From the IMG/VR virus record IMGVR_UViG_3300045988_014198: a stretch of DNA of 42,402 bases; one strand, 5' to 3'. Shown here piece after piece: positions 1-8,867 of the stretch. Under the pieces are notes generated by a model, which was given only the letters and a program-made list of their open reading frames with translations, was not told the DNA's origin and did no database searches. How positions within the stretch are numbered: the first letter of the stretch is position 1; every line of letters begins with the position of its first letter. The stretch is from a virus. The position numbers were made by a program, and so were the translations under genes.

Positions 1-163
1 CTACGGCGACGGCTCCGGCGACGGCTCCGGCGACGGCTCCGGCGACGGCTACGGCGACGGCTCCGGCTACGGCGACGGCTACGGCTACGGCTACGGCTAC
101 GGCGACGGCTCCGGCGACGGCTCCGGCGACGGCTCCGGCGACGGCTACGGCTCCGGCGACGGC
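1..163 (+). repeat. Coding hexanucleotide/dodecanucleotide microsatellite (GGC-TAC / GGC-GAC / GGC-TCC units), part of repeat protein copy B
   Basis: Only four codons (GGC, TAC, GAC, TCC) are used from nt 2 to 163. The same array type occurs at 39818-40045 and 42324-42402. Confidence 0.9.
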
Positions 164-628
164 ATAAGATCCTTTAACGGCGAACTGGTGTATAACATCG
201 ACGGTGTGCCCACGATCCTCCGCCACGTGCGGGGGAACGTGGCGCACGGCGTGATCCTGAACCGCGACCTGACCACCACGAACTGCTACGTTGCCAAACA
301 GGATAACATCTTTGCCCACGGCGAAACGCTGGCAAAGGCGATGGAGGCTCTTAGGGACAAGCTGTTTGGAGATATGCCGGTGGAGGAGCGCATCGCGGCA
401 TTTTTGAAAGAGACGGAGGACGGCAGGGCATACCCTGCGCAGTATTTTTACGACTGGCATCACCGCCTTACCGGAAGCTGCGACATGGGCCGCCGTCAGT
501 TTGCACGGGACCACGGAATAGACGTGGACAGCGACACCATGACCCTGCGGGAGTTTCTGGCCCTGACCAAGGATGCCTACGGCGGCAGTGTGATCCGGAA
601 GGCGATGGAAAAACTGGAGGCGAAGTAA
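2..628 (+). CDS. G-(Y/D/S) repeat protein, copy B, 3' part (5' end cut by the window edge; its N-terminus is at 42283-42402)
   Basis: Frame 2 is open from nt 2 (YGDGSGDGSG...) to the TAA at 626-628. The C-terminal ~150 aa are about two thirds identical by eye to 39776-40513 (FAHGETL, AMEALR.KLF, WHHRLTGSCDMGR.QFARDHG, AYGG.VIRK). Confidence 0.75.
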   Translation, partial: YGDGSGDGSGDGSGDGYGDGSGYGDGYGYGYGYGDGSGDGSGDGSGDGYGSGDGIRSFNGELVYNIDGVPTILRHVRGNVAHGVILNRDLTTTNCYVAKQDNIFAHGETLAKAMEALRDKLFGDMPVEERIAAFLKETEDGRAYPAQYFYDWHHRLTGSCDMGRRQFARDHGIDVDSDTMTLREFLALTKDAYGGSVIRKAMEKLEAK

Positions 629-1003
629 ATGACCATGCCATACTGGGCTGAACGCCTGCGCGTCCGGCTGATCCACGAGCTGGGCGGCTACACGGACGAG
701 GACGTGGCTGAGGAGATATACCGAGTCGCCCGCGCCACGCCGCCCTGCAAGTCCGAAACGTTCAAACTCGCGGAATATTACGGCGTTGTGAGCCTGGGCG
801 GCACGGCTTTCAATCCGCCGGCCGACCCGCACTTGATCGACAGCGCAAAGGGCGCGGTGATGCACGATATTTCCACGCATCTCAAAAGATCCAACGCCGT
901 CCAGTATCGCGTTATCCCTTGGTGGGATGGTTCGTATGCCCTGCAAGCCACCATCCGCGTCGCCGTACCAGAAGATACCAACGGAAAGCGAGGCACCCCA
1001 TGA
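629..1003 (+). CDS. Hypothetical early protein
   Basis: 124-aa ORF whose ATG directly abuts the upstream stop. Its stop overlaps the next start (ATGA at 1000-1003). No family recognised. Confidence 0.55.
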   Translation: MTMPYWAERLRVRLIHELGGYTDEDVAEEIYRVARATPPCKSETFKLAEYYGVVSLGGTAFNPPADPHLIDSAKGAVMHDISTHLKRSNAVQYRVIPWWDGSYALQATIRVAVPEDTNGKRGTP

Positions 1004-1212
1004 ACGCACGTAACCGCAAACCAATCACCGCCATGTCCCCCTGCCCCCGCTGCGGCATGGACAGCGGCGAGCGCAAGGAATCCGTCAACGTCCCCCTGCG
1101 TTACTACGTCCGCTGCGGCGGCTGCGGCTACACCGTCTCCGGTGACAGCCAGTCCGGTGCCACCAGGAAGTGGAACGCCATGAACGGGAGGCGCCGCCAT
1201 GCAGGTCGGTGA
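1000..1212 (+). CDS. Lar-like zinc-ribbon protein (putative restriction alleviation), copy B
   Basis: The internal ATG at 1000 overlaps the upstream stop. CPRCG...CGGCG pairs followed by A.RKWNAM resemble the Lar family pattern (CPFCG ... C..C ... A..WN.R) seen clearly in 41446-41640. Confidence 0.5.
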   Translation: MNARNRKPITAMSPCPRCGMDSGERKESVNVPLRYYVRCGGCGYTVSGDSQSGATRKWNAMNGRRRHAGR

Positions 1213-1492
1213 TACGGTGCGTGCGCGCTTTCTGACGATGCCGGACCCGTTCCCAGGATCTGGAAATGCCGAAAAACAGTACCCCGTGCGCAAGGCGACG
1301 GTGGTGTATGTGCATCCAAAGGGGCGCTTCATCGTGGCGGAGTGCAAGGGCGTCAGGGAAACATTTTTTCCGGAGGATATTATACAGTGCGATTTGCCGG
1401 GGCCTCCTCCGATGGATTATGACTTGGAATACGCGCTGGTTACACTGACGGAAGTGGACAAGAAGATCATGGCCGCATTGGGAATGCTATGA
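1199..1492 (+). CDS. Hypothetical protein, last gene of the early arm
   Basis: 97-aa ORF overlapping the upstream gene by 14 nt and followed by a 270-nt non-coding gap. No family recognised. Confidence 0.5.
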   Translation: MQVGDTVRARFLTMPDPFPGSGNAEKQYPVRKATVVYVHPKGRFIVAECKGVRETFFPEDIIQCDLPGPPPMDYDLEYALVTLTEVDKKIMAALGML

Positions 1493-1506
1493 GGGGAAAT
1501 CAAAAG

Positions 1507-1559
1507 AATAAAAAATTTTCCGTTTGAGGGGTGCGAGGCGGCGAGAGACAATCTATGCT
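1507..1559 (+). promoter_or_regulatory. Conserved late-operon box 1 (AT tract + TTTCCGTTTGAGGGGTGCG, then N16, then TCTATGCT)
   Basis: Near-identical to 5851-5905 (about 28 of 31 aligned positions plus the shared downstream TCTATG). It lies at the start of the gap preceding terS. Confidence 0.4.
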
Positions 1560-1762
1560 GGGTATGCAGGGGCAACCTGCCCGTGCCGATTCATTTCTTT
1601 TCCCCTCTTTTCTACCCTGTGGGGCGGGGCGGCAGCTCCGCCCTGACGGGGAAAACGCACAAAAATTAGCATTAGGGTGTGGCGAAAGCCTGGGAAAGAC
1701 GTGCCAATGACAAAGGCCAGTGGCGGGAGGCCGGTGCGTCAGGCAAGAAAGGGTGTGAGCGT

Positions 1763-2191
1763 ATGCCGGCAGGAGCGCCGAGAAAATGGAAAAGCGTAAA
1801 GGCGATGCAGGCGGCGATTGACGCTTACTTTAAGGCGTGCGAGGGAGAGCCGTTTATCGGGGATGACGGATGCGCGGTGCGGGATAAGTACGGGATACCT
1901 ATCATCATAAACGCAAAGCCTCCGACGATCACGGGGCTGGCGCTGGCATTGGGCTTTACCGGACGGCAAGCGTTGATGGATTATCAGGCAAGGCCGGAAT
2001 TCGCGGACACGGTTACGCGAGCAAAGGCGCGGTGCGAAGAATACGCAGAGGCGCGGCTGTATGACCGTGACGGCGCGAACGGCGCAAAGTTTAGTCTGAG
2101 CTGTAATTTTGGATGGCGCGAGAAAGCGCCGGAAGCAGACCGGCAGGAGATCGGCGTGGTGCTGATGCCGGAGGTAAAGACGGATGTCTGA
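1763..2191 (+). CDS. terS: Terminase small subunit
   Basis: Contains PPTITGLALALGF and AKFSLSCNFGW, typical of Firmicutes-phage small terminase, and lies immediately upstream of and overlapping terL. The start is ambiguous (GTG 1679 or ATG 1763). Confidence 0.75.
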   Translation: MPAGAPRKWKSVKAMQAAIDAYFKACEGEPFIGDDGCAVRDKYGIPIIINAKPPTITGLALALGFTGRQALMDYQARPEFADTVTRAKARCEEYAEARLYDRDGANGAKFSLSCNFGWREKAPEADRQEIGVVLMPEVKTDV

Positions 2192-3626
2192 GATCGTGTG
2201 GAAGCCGCAGGAGCGGCAGGCCGTATTTATGGCAAGGCCGGAATACGAAGCCCTGTATGGCGGGGCGGCGGGCGGCGGCAAGAGCGACGCGCTGGTCATC
2301 GAGGCGCTGCGGCAGGTGCATATCCCGTGGTACAAGGCGCTGATCCTGCGCAAGACGTTCCCACAGCTGCGGGAACTGATCGACAAGACGTTGAATTATT
2401 ACCCCCGTGCGTATCCAAAGGCGCGGTACAACGGCAGCAACCACACATGGCGGTTCCCCTCGGGTGCGCAGATCGTGTTCGGCAGCATGAACCGTCCGCA
2501 GGACAAGATACAGTATCAGGGGCAGGCGTATGACTTTATCGCTTTTGATGAGCTGACGCATTTTACCCAGGAGGAATATGACTACCTGAAATCCCGTAAT
2601 CGACCCAACGGGGCGGGGACACGGGTCTATATGCGCTCCACCGCCAACCCCGGAAACATCGGGCATGGCTGGGTCAAGGAGCGGTTTATCACGGCGGCAC
2701 CGCCGATGCAGCCCATCACGGAGGAGACGGTGTGGTACACGCCGGATGGGAAAAAGCACACGGGACAGCAGCAGCGGATATTCGTACCGTCCTCCGTATT
2801 TGACAACAAGATATTGATGGAAAATGACCCGCTGTATGTGCAGCGGCTGGCCAGTATGCCGGAGGCGGAGCGCAACGCCCTGCTGTACGGAAATTGGGAC
2901 AGCTTTGAGGGGCAGGTGTTTACGGAGTGGCGCAACGACCGGGAACACTATCTGGATCGCAAGCAGACCCACGTCATCGAGCCGTTCCGCATACCGGAGG
3001 ACTGGGTGATCTGGTGCGGGCTGGACTGGGGCTATTCCCGACCATTTTCCGTGGGATGGTACGCGGTGGACAGAAGCAGGCGGATGTACCATATCCGGGA
3101 GTTTTACGGCTGCAACGGTACGCCTAACCGTGGCGTGATGTGGGAACCGACCAAGGTGGCGCAGGAGATACGGCGCATCGAGGCGGACGACCCCAACCTG
3201 CGGGGGCGTGACATCCACCGCGTGGGTGACCCGGCCATCTGGCAAAGCGATGGCACAGAGAGCGTGGGTGCGCTGATGGAACGTGAGCGTGTCTATTTTG
3301 AAAAGGGCGACCATGCACGGATCAACGGCAAGATGCAGATCCACCACCGGCTGGCGTTCGACGCAGACGGCGTACCGATGATGTACGTGTTCGACACCTG
3401 CAAAAACTTTATCCGGACGGTGCCCAACCTGGTCTATGACCAGACAGACGTGGAGGACATCGACACGGACGGCGAGGATCATATCTACGACCAGCTGCGG
3501 TACGTCTGCATGAAAAATCCCATCGGGGCAAGGGACATGGGGCACATCGTGGAGCGGCCCTATTCGCCGCTGGACACGGAGGACGAGTACAGGCCCAGCC
3601 GGTACGCATTTTATCAGACCTATTAA
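2184..3626 (+). CDS. terL: Terminase large subunit
   Basis: 480 aa with Walker A GGAAGGGKSD and Walker B-like YDFIAFDELTHF, plus a C-terminal nuclease-like region with acidic motifs. Position is between terS and portal. Confidence 0.9.
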   Translation: MSEIVWKPQERQAVFMARPEYEALYGGAAGGGKSDALVIEALRQVHIPWYKALILRKTFPQLRELIDKTLNYYPRAYPKARYNGSNHTWRFPSGAQIVFGSMNRPQDKIQYQGQAYDFIAFDELTHFTQEEYDYLKSRNRPNGAGTRVYMRSTANPGNIGHGWVKERFITAAPPMQPITEETVWYTPDGKKHTGQQQRIFVPSSVFDNKILMENDPLYVQRLASMPEAERNALLYGNWDSFEGQVFTEWRNDREHYLDRKQTHVIEPFRIPEDWVIWCGLDWGYSRPFSVGWYAVDRSRRMYHIREFYGCNGTPNRGVMWEPTKVAQEIRRIEADDPNLRGRDIHRVGDPAIWQSDGTESVGALMERERVYFEKGDHARINGKMQIHHRLAFDADGVPMMYVFDTCKNFIRTVPNLVYDQTDVEDIDTDGEDHIYDQLRYVCMKNPIGARDMGHIVERPYSPLDTEDEYRPSRYAFYQTY

Positions 3627-3639
3627 GGGGGAAAAGGAC

Positions 3640-5571
3640 ATGGAAAGATACGGCATCCCCGGCATCGTGCCGGAGGACGGTATGCCGCCGGAGATGGCGG
3701 CGATGCTGCTGGAGCGGACGGACGACACGCCTACCATCACAGAAAAGGACGTGGAGCGCGGGATCGACCTGCTGACGCGGTACAAAAACGGTAAGAACAA
3801 TCTGGAAAGCCGCGTGGTCAACGACGAGCTGTGGTGGGAGCTGCGGCACTGGGAGGGCATCGGGCAGAGCAAGGCCAAGCTGGTGGACAAAAGCGGAAAG
3901 GAAGTCCTCTCCTCCCCTCCCCAGCCAAAGCCCACGTCGGCGTGGCTGTTTAACACCATCCAGAACAAGCACGCAGACGCGATGGACAACTACCCGGAGC
4001 CGGTGGTGCTGCCCCGGGAAAAAAGCGACGAGCAGAGCGCAAAGACGCTGAGCCAGATTTTGCCGGTGGTGCAGGAGTACAACCATTTTGAGCAGGTGTA
4101 CTCGGACAACTGGTGGGAGAAACTGAAGCACGGCACGGCGGTGTACGGTGTGTTCTGGGACAGCCGAAAGGACAACGGTCTGGGCGACATCGAGATCCGG
4201 AACATTGACCTACTGAATCTGTTCTGGGAACCGGGGATCACGGACATCCAGAAGAGCCGCAACCTGTTTATCGTGGATCTGGTGGACAACGACCTGTTGG
4301 ACAGCGAGTACCCCCAGCTCAAGGGCAAGCAGAAGGGCAAGGTCGTGGATGTGAAGGAGTACATCTACGACGACACCGTGGACACCAGCGAGAAGAGCGT
4401 GGTGGTGGACTGGTATTACAAGGTCAAGACGCCCAGCGGCAGGACGGCGCTGCACTACATCAAGTTTGTTGGCTCCACCCTGCTGTACGCCAGTGAGAAC
4501 GATCCGGAATACCGGGAGCGGGGCTTTTACGACCACGGGATGTACCCTGTTGTGCTGGACGTGATGTACCCGGAAAAGGGTACGCCTATCGGCTTTGGGT
4601 ATGTGGCGATCTGCAAAGACCCCCAGCTTTATATCGACAAGCTCAGCGCCAACATTCTGGAAAACGCGATGATGGCGACCAAAAAGCGTTTTTTCGTGTC
4701 GGAAAGTACGGCCATCAACGAGCAGGAGTTTATCGACTGGAACCGACCCCTGGTACACGTCAACGGCGAGATCGGCGACCAGCGGATCAAGGAGATCGTT
4801 ACCCAGCCGCTTTCCGATATCTACGTCACGGTGGCGCAGATGAAAATCGAGGAGATGAAGGACACGGCGGCAAACCGCGATGTGAACTCCGGCGGCACCT
4901 CCAACGTGACGGCGGCAGCGGCGATTGCCGCCTTGCAGGAGGCCGGAAACAAGGCAAGCCGGGATATGATCGCCGCCAGCTACCGCGCCTACACCCAGAT
5001 CAACACGCTGTGCGTGGAGCTGATGCGGCAGTTTTACGACGTAAGCCGCAGCTTCCGCATTACAGGCGAGGGCAACGAGTATCAGTTCGTAGATTTTGAC
5101 AACGCGGGCTTGCAGGATCAGGTGACGGGGCTGGACACAATGGGCAACGAGATGTTCCGTAAGCCGGTGTTTGACCTCAAAATCAAGGCGCAGAAAAAGA
5201 ATCCGTTTTCCCGCATGGAGCAGAACGAGCGGGCCAAGGAGCTGTACTCCCTGGGATTTTTTAATCCGGATAACGCGCAGGCCAGTCTGACGGCGCTGGA
5301 GATGATGGACTTTGAGGGCATCCAGACCGTGCGGGAAAAGGTGATGCAGGGACAGACCCTGTTGAATATGCTGATGCAAATGCAGGCGCAGATCTCCATG
5401 CTGACGGGCGCTATCCTGCCGCAGGAGGGCGCGGGCGATGCACCGGCGCAGACTGGCGGCGGCGCACCTGCGGAGGCCACCAGCCAGCTTGCAAGCGGCA
5501 TTATGCAGGCGCAGACGCCTATGACCGGATACGGGCAGGCATTGGCAAAGCGGAGCACGCCCAGCCTATGA
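3640..5571 (+). CDS. Portal protein
   Basis: 643 aa, directly downstream of terL with an RBS (GGGGGAAAAGG). Size and position are typical of a portal, and the acidic/Gly-rich C-terminal tail fits. Confidence 0.8.
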   Translation: MERYGIPGIVPEDGMPPEMAAMLLERTDDTPTITEKDVERGIDLLTRYKNGKNNLESRVVNDELWWELRHWEGIGQSKAKLVDKSGKEVLSSPPQPKPTSAWLFNTIQNKHADAMDNYPEPVVLPREKSDEQSAKTLSQILPVVQEYNHFEQVYSDNWWEKLKHGTAVYGVFWDSRKDNGLGDIEIRNIDLLNLFWEPGITDIQKSRNLFIVDLVDNDLLDSEYPQLKGKQKGKVVDVKEYIYDDTVDTSEKSVVVDWYYKVKTPSGRTALHYIKFVGSTLLYASENDPEYRERGFYDHGMYPVVLDVMYPEKGTPIGFGYVAICKDPQLYIDKLSANILENAMMATKKRFFVSESTAINEQEFIDWNRPLVHVNGEIGDQRIKEIVTQPLSDIYVTVAQMKIEEMKDTAANRDVNSGGTSNVTAAAAIAALQEAGNKASRDMIAASYRAYTQINTLCVELMRQFYDVSRSFRITGEGNEYQFVDFDNAGLQDQVTGLDTMGNEMFRKPVFDLKIKAQKKNPFSRMEQNERAKELYSLGFFNPDNAQASLTALEMMDFEGIQTVREKVMQGQTLLNMLMQMQAQISMLTGAILPQEGAGDAPAQTGGGAPAEATSQLASGIMQAQTPMTGYGQALAKRSTPSL

Positions 5572-5855
5572 CGGAGGTAACACTGCATCACGGGGACAGC
5601 TGCTCGGTTAGGTGCAAGGGACACGCCACAGGATACCCCGACGTGTGTGCGGCGGTAAGCTGCCTCTTGTACACGGCGGCGGGATGGCTGCACAACACGC
5701 AGGAGGCGGAGCTGGTGCTGGAACGGCTGGACAGCGGGGATGCGTACCTGCGCTGGCACGGCGGGAGGTGGCTGTATGATTTGCTGGAAATCGGCTTTTT
5801 GCAGCTGGAAATGGCAAAGCCGGAGGCGATCTCCGTAAAAATAGAAAAAAAATAA
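5568..5855 (+). CDS. prp: Prp-family (DUF464, ribosomal-processing-type) cysteine protease
   Basis: 95 aa with the motif KGHATGYPDVCAAVS, matching the His/Cys dyad signature GHA....D.VCAAVS of Prp. The start overlaps the portal stop, and the gene lies just upstream of scaffold and capsid. Confidence 0.75.
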   Translation: MTEVTLHHGDSCSVRCKGHATGYPDVCAAVSCLLYTAAGWLHNTQEAELVLERLDSGDAYLRWHGGRWLYDLLEIGFLQLEMAKPEAISVKIEKK

Positions 5856-5905
5856 AAATATTTTTCGTTTTAGGGGTGCGGGAGACCGCGCCCCCTTTCT
5901 ATGAT
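5851..5905 (+). promoter_or_regulatory. Conserved late-operon box 2 (AT tract + TTTTCGTTTTAGGGGTGCG, then N17, then TCTATGAT)
   Basis: Second copy of the 1507-1559 box. It starts at the prp stop codon and precedes the scaffold/capsid genes. Confidence 0.4.
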
Positions 5906-6025
5906 ATAGATACTTCCTCCCTGCCTGCGCGGTGTGACGGCGGTGAAGAACCGCCGCCCGCCGCAAGGGTGGATAGGGGGCGCTGCACGGGAGCGATATG
6001 CCCGCGAATCAAAGGAGGAACAGAT

Positions 6026-6979
6026 ATGTACCTTTACAGGATTTCCCTCTGCCTTTTTGACGGCGAGGGCGGCGATGGGGCGACAGCTGCCACCGCACAG
6101 GGCGAGACACAGGCAAGCTCCGGTACCACCCGCCAGAGCAAATCGGGCGCACTGGCTAACGTCAAGTACGGCAAACAGGCGGAGAGCCAGACGGAAGTAC
6201 AGTCCGACGCCGGGACTGAGGATAAGGTGAAGGACGTGGAGACCACGTCCGACGCGCTGGAGGCCAAGAAAAAGGCTTTCCGGGAGCTGATCAATGGGGA
6301 GTACAAAGATCTGTATACCCAGGAGACACAGCGGATGATCGACCGGCGCTTCAAGGAGGCGCGGGAGACGGAGAAGAGGCTGCAGTCCTACCAGCCGGTG
6401 CTGGATACGCTGATGGAGCGTTACGGCATCGCGGACGGGGACGCAAAGCGTCTGCTGGAGGCCGTGGACAACGACCACGCCTACTGGAGTGAAGCCGCCG
6501 AGGAGGCGGGCATGAGCGAGGAGCAGTACAAGGAGTTCCGCCGTCTGCGGCGGGAGAACGCCGAGCTGCTTCGCGGCCAGCAGATGCATCAGCAGGAGGC
6601 GCAGATCCGGGAACAGAGCGAGAAGTGGTACATGGAGGCGGAGGCCATGAGGGGCAATCCCATGTATCAGAACTTTGACCTTGTGCAGGAGCTGCAAAAC
6701 GACGAGTTTGTGAACCTGCTGAAAGCCGGTACACCGATGGAGCACGCCTACAAGGTGCTGCACTTTGACGAGCTGATGGGCAACGCGGTACAGGCCGCTG
6801 CCGCCAGCACGGAGAAGAAGGTGGCCGACAACGTCCGGGCCAAGGGAAATCGTCCCAGTGAGAACGGCACCAGCTCCAACAGCGCGTTTGTTACAAAGAC
6901 GGATCCCTCAAAGCTGACGAGAGCGGACTTTGAGGAGATCGAGCGGAGAGTAGCAAGAGGCGAACGCATTTCCTTTTGA
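6026..6979 (+). CDS. Scaffolding protein with a predicted cleavable N-terminal propeptide
   Basis: ATG 6026 is preceded by AAAGGAGGAA (6011-6020). The sequence is E/K/Q/R-rich and helical in character, and it sits between prp and the capsid gene. The N-terminus MYLYRISLCLFDGE shares YL-x4-L-x-LFD with the capsid N-terminus. Confidence 0.65.
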   Translation: MYLYRISLCLFDGEGGDGATAATAQGETQASSGTTRQSKSGALANVKYGKQAESQTEVQSDAGTEDKVKDVETTSDALEAKKKAFRELINGEYKDLYTQETQRMIDRRFKEARETEKRLQSYQPVLDTLMERYGIADGDAKRLLEAVDNDHAYWSEAAEEAGMSEEQYKEFRRLRRENAELLRGQQMHQQEAQIREQSEKWYMEAEAMRGNPMYQNFDLVQELQNDEFVNLLKAGTPMEHAYKVLHFDELMGNAVQAAAASTEKKVADNVRAKGNRPSENGTSSNSAFVTKTDPSKLTRADFEEIERRVARGERISF

Positions 6980-7018
6980 CCTACGGCTCCGCTGCGATAT
7001 GCGGAAAGGAGCTATTAC

Positions 7019-8302
7019 ATGAACGCAATTTACAACGACCTGTACCTGATGCCGGTGGTGCTGAACCTGTTTGACGCATACACCAATACCACGCTGGATC
7101 CCGGTCTGAGCGACGAGATGAAGGTGTATTACTCTATGCGCCTCATCAACCTCGCCGAGCCGGAGCTGATCCATGACCAGTTTGGCCAGAAGCACCCCAT
7201 CCCCAAGAACAGCGGTAAGACCATCGAGTTCCGGAAGTACGACAGCCTGCCCAAGGCTCTGATGCCTCTGACCGAAGGTGTGACCCCCGCCGGTCAGAAG
7301 ATGAGCATGGGCGTGATCCGCGCCACCATCAAGCAGTACGGCGGTTACATCGAGCTGTCCGACATCCTGGAGCTGACGGCCATCGACAACAACCTGGTGC
7401 AGGCCACCCGCCTGCTGGCATCTCAGGCAGGCCGTACCGCCGACACCATCACCCGCGAGGTGCTGGCTGGCGGCACCAACGTGGTGTACGCCGGTGGCGC
7501 AAAGGATCGCTCTGAGCTGGTGGGCGGCGACAGCACCGCCGAGAACAACAAGTACCTGACGGTGGACGACATCCGCAAGGCTGTACGCGCCCTGAAGGTC
7601 ATGAACGCCCAGAAGATCAACGGCTACTTTGCCGGTATCATCCATCCCGACACCGCCTACGACCTGATGAACGACAAGAAGTGGGTGGATGTGAAGACCT
7701 ACTCCGACCCCGATGGCATCTACGAGGGCGAGATCGGCAAGATCGAGGGTGTGCGCTTTGTGGAGACCACAGAGGCCAAGATTTTCCACGCCGCCCCACT
7801 GAAGATCGAGGACGGCGGCGAGGCAAGCGCCCGCAACCTGACAGTGAAGAGCGCGGCCAGCAAGGTCATTACCATCACCGAAAAGCTCTCCGCCAATCAG
7901 GCCAAGGCGCTGACCGGCAGAGACATTCTGGTGGGCGGCGAGCTGCTGGAGGTGGCGTCCGCTGCTGCCGGTGCTGCCGGTGCTGCCACCATCACCGTGA
8001 AGACCGCGCCTGCCACTACGCCTGCCGCCAGCACCGTGATCTATCCCGGCGAGGGCGGCGCAAACGGACGCGATGTGTACTCTACCCTGATCCTCGGCGC
8101 AGACGCCTACGGCGTGACGGAGCTGGAGGGCGGCGGCCTGCAGCACATCGTCAAGCAGCTGGGTTCCTCCGGTACGGCTGACCCGCTGAACCAGCGTGCC
8201 ACCGCAGGCTGGAAGCTGACCAAGGTGGCGGAGCGTCTGGTGGAGCAGTACATGGTGCGCATCGAATCCGCCTCTACCTTTGAGAGCGGCGCGATGAACT
8301 GA
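7019..8302 (+). CDS. Major capsid protein (N4-gp56-like family pattern)
   Basis: 427 aa. KNSGKTIEFRKY...LTEGVTP.G...IKQYGGYIELSD...QAGRTADTITREVL.GGTNVVYAGG matches the pattern I recall for the N4-gp56 major capsid family. A good RBS (GGAAAGGAG) is present. Confidence 0.85.
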   Translation: MNAIYNDLYLMPVVLNLFDAYTNTTLDPGLSDEMKVYYSMRLINLAEPELIHDQFGQKHPIPKNSGKTIEFRKYDSLPKALMPLTEGVTPAGQKMSMGVIRATIKQYGGYIELSDILELTAIDNNLVQATRLLASQAGRTADTITREVLAGGTNVVYAGGAKDRSELVGGDSTAENNKYLTVDDIRKAVRALKVMNAQKINGYFAGIIHPDTAYDLMNDKKWVDVKTYSDPDGIYEGEIGKIEGVRFVETTEAKIFHAAPLKIEDGGEASARNLTVKSAASKVITITEKLSANQAKALTGRDILVGGELLEVASAAAGAAGAATITVKTAPATTPAASTVIYPGEGGANGRDVYSTLILGADAYGVTELEGGGLQHIVKQLGSSGTADPLNQRATAGWKLTKVAERLVEQYMVRIESASTFESGAMN

Positions 8303-8361
8303 CGGTAACGCGGAGGGGGTCATCCCCCTCCGCATACCAAAAAATGCAAGGAGGAATGAGC

Positions 8362-8754
8362 ATGGCTGACAACAAGAAGCAGAGAACTCCGGAGGAGATG
8401 GAAAAGGCGCTGGAAGCAGCCAATGAGGCGCTGGCGCAGGCCAAGAAGGAGGCTGAGGATGCCAAGGAGGCCGCGAAAGCAGCAGAGGCCGTTATGCGCG
8501 GCATGGCGGCAGGGGAAGCCTCCGACGACGGCATGGTGCCGTTCTGGGCGTTCAAGGATGACGACCGGTACAAGGACGACATCGTGGTGGGCTGGAACGG
8601 CAAGGTGTACCGCATCCAGCGCGGCAAGCACGTCCGCATTCCCCGCGAGGTGTACAACATCATCCGCCGCTCTATGGCACAGGACGCGGCGACGGCGGAG
8701 ATGCTGGAGCAGAAGAGCCGGGAATATGAGGCGGTCAAGGCGCAGCTGAATTGA
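8362..8754 (+). CDS. Hypothetical head-associated protein (coiled-coil N-terminus)
   Basis: ATG 8362 lies 6 nt after AAGGAGGAA. The N-terminal half is A/E/K-rich. Position directly after the capsid gene suggests a decoration or head-completion role (inference only). Confidence 0.5.
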   Translation: MADNKKQRTPEEMEKALEAANEALAQAKKEAEDAKEAAKAAEAVMRGMAAGEASDDGMVPFWAFKDDDRYKDDIVVGWNGKVYRIQRGKHVRIPREVYNIIRRSMAQDAATAEMLEQKSREYEAVKAQLN

Positions 8755-8867
8755 CAACTGCATACTACCGCGAGACACGAAAATGGCTGTGACACGGCGC
8801 AGCAAGGCAGGAGGGGCGCTTCCCTTTTGACTTGCTGCGCCGTCTTTCAGCAGAAAGGACGTGAAAC

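Noticed and set aside
2091-3989. 632-aa ORF on the minus strand opposite terL and portal. Similar long antisense ORFs occur at 778-1347, 4210-5379, 5118-5966, 5870-6763, 6908-8335, 10185-11093, 15870-17378, 17589-18791, 18810-19838, 30319-31410, 31589-32719 and 37356-38375.
   Set aside because: These are shadow ORFs typical of high-GC DNA. They lie antisense to genes with clear family motifs, have R/P/H/A/G-skewed low-information composition, lack ribosome-binding sites, and break the otherwise tight, overlapping + strand gene packing.
8753-8765. The 13-mer TGACAACTGCATA shared with 25557-25569, in both cases beginning at a stop codon.
   Set aside because: Several chance 13-mer matches are expected in a 42-kb sequence. 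There is no extended similarity around either copy, so it is not treated as a regulatory motif.
8796-8839. Inverted repeat GGCGCAGCAAG ... CTTGCTGCGCC upstream of the first fibre gene, considered as a terminator.
   Set aside because: The loop is about 22 nt and no U-tract follows. It may be structural or regulatory, but the evidence is insufficient to call a terminator.
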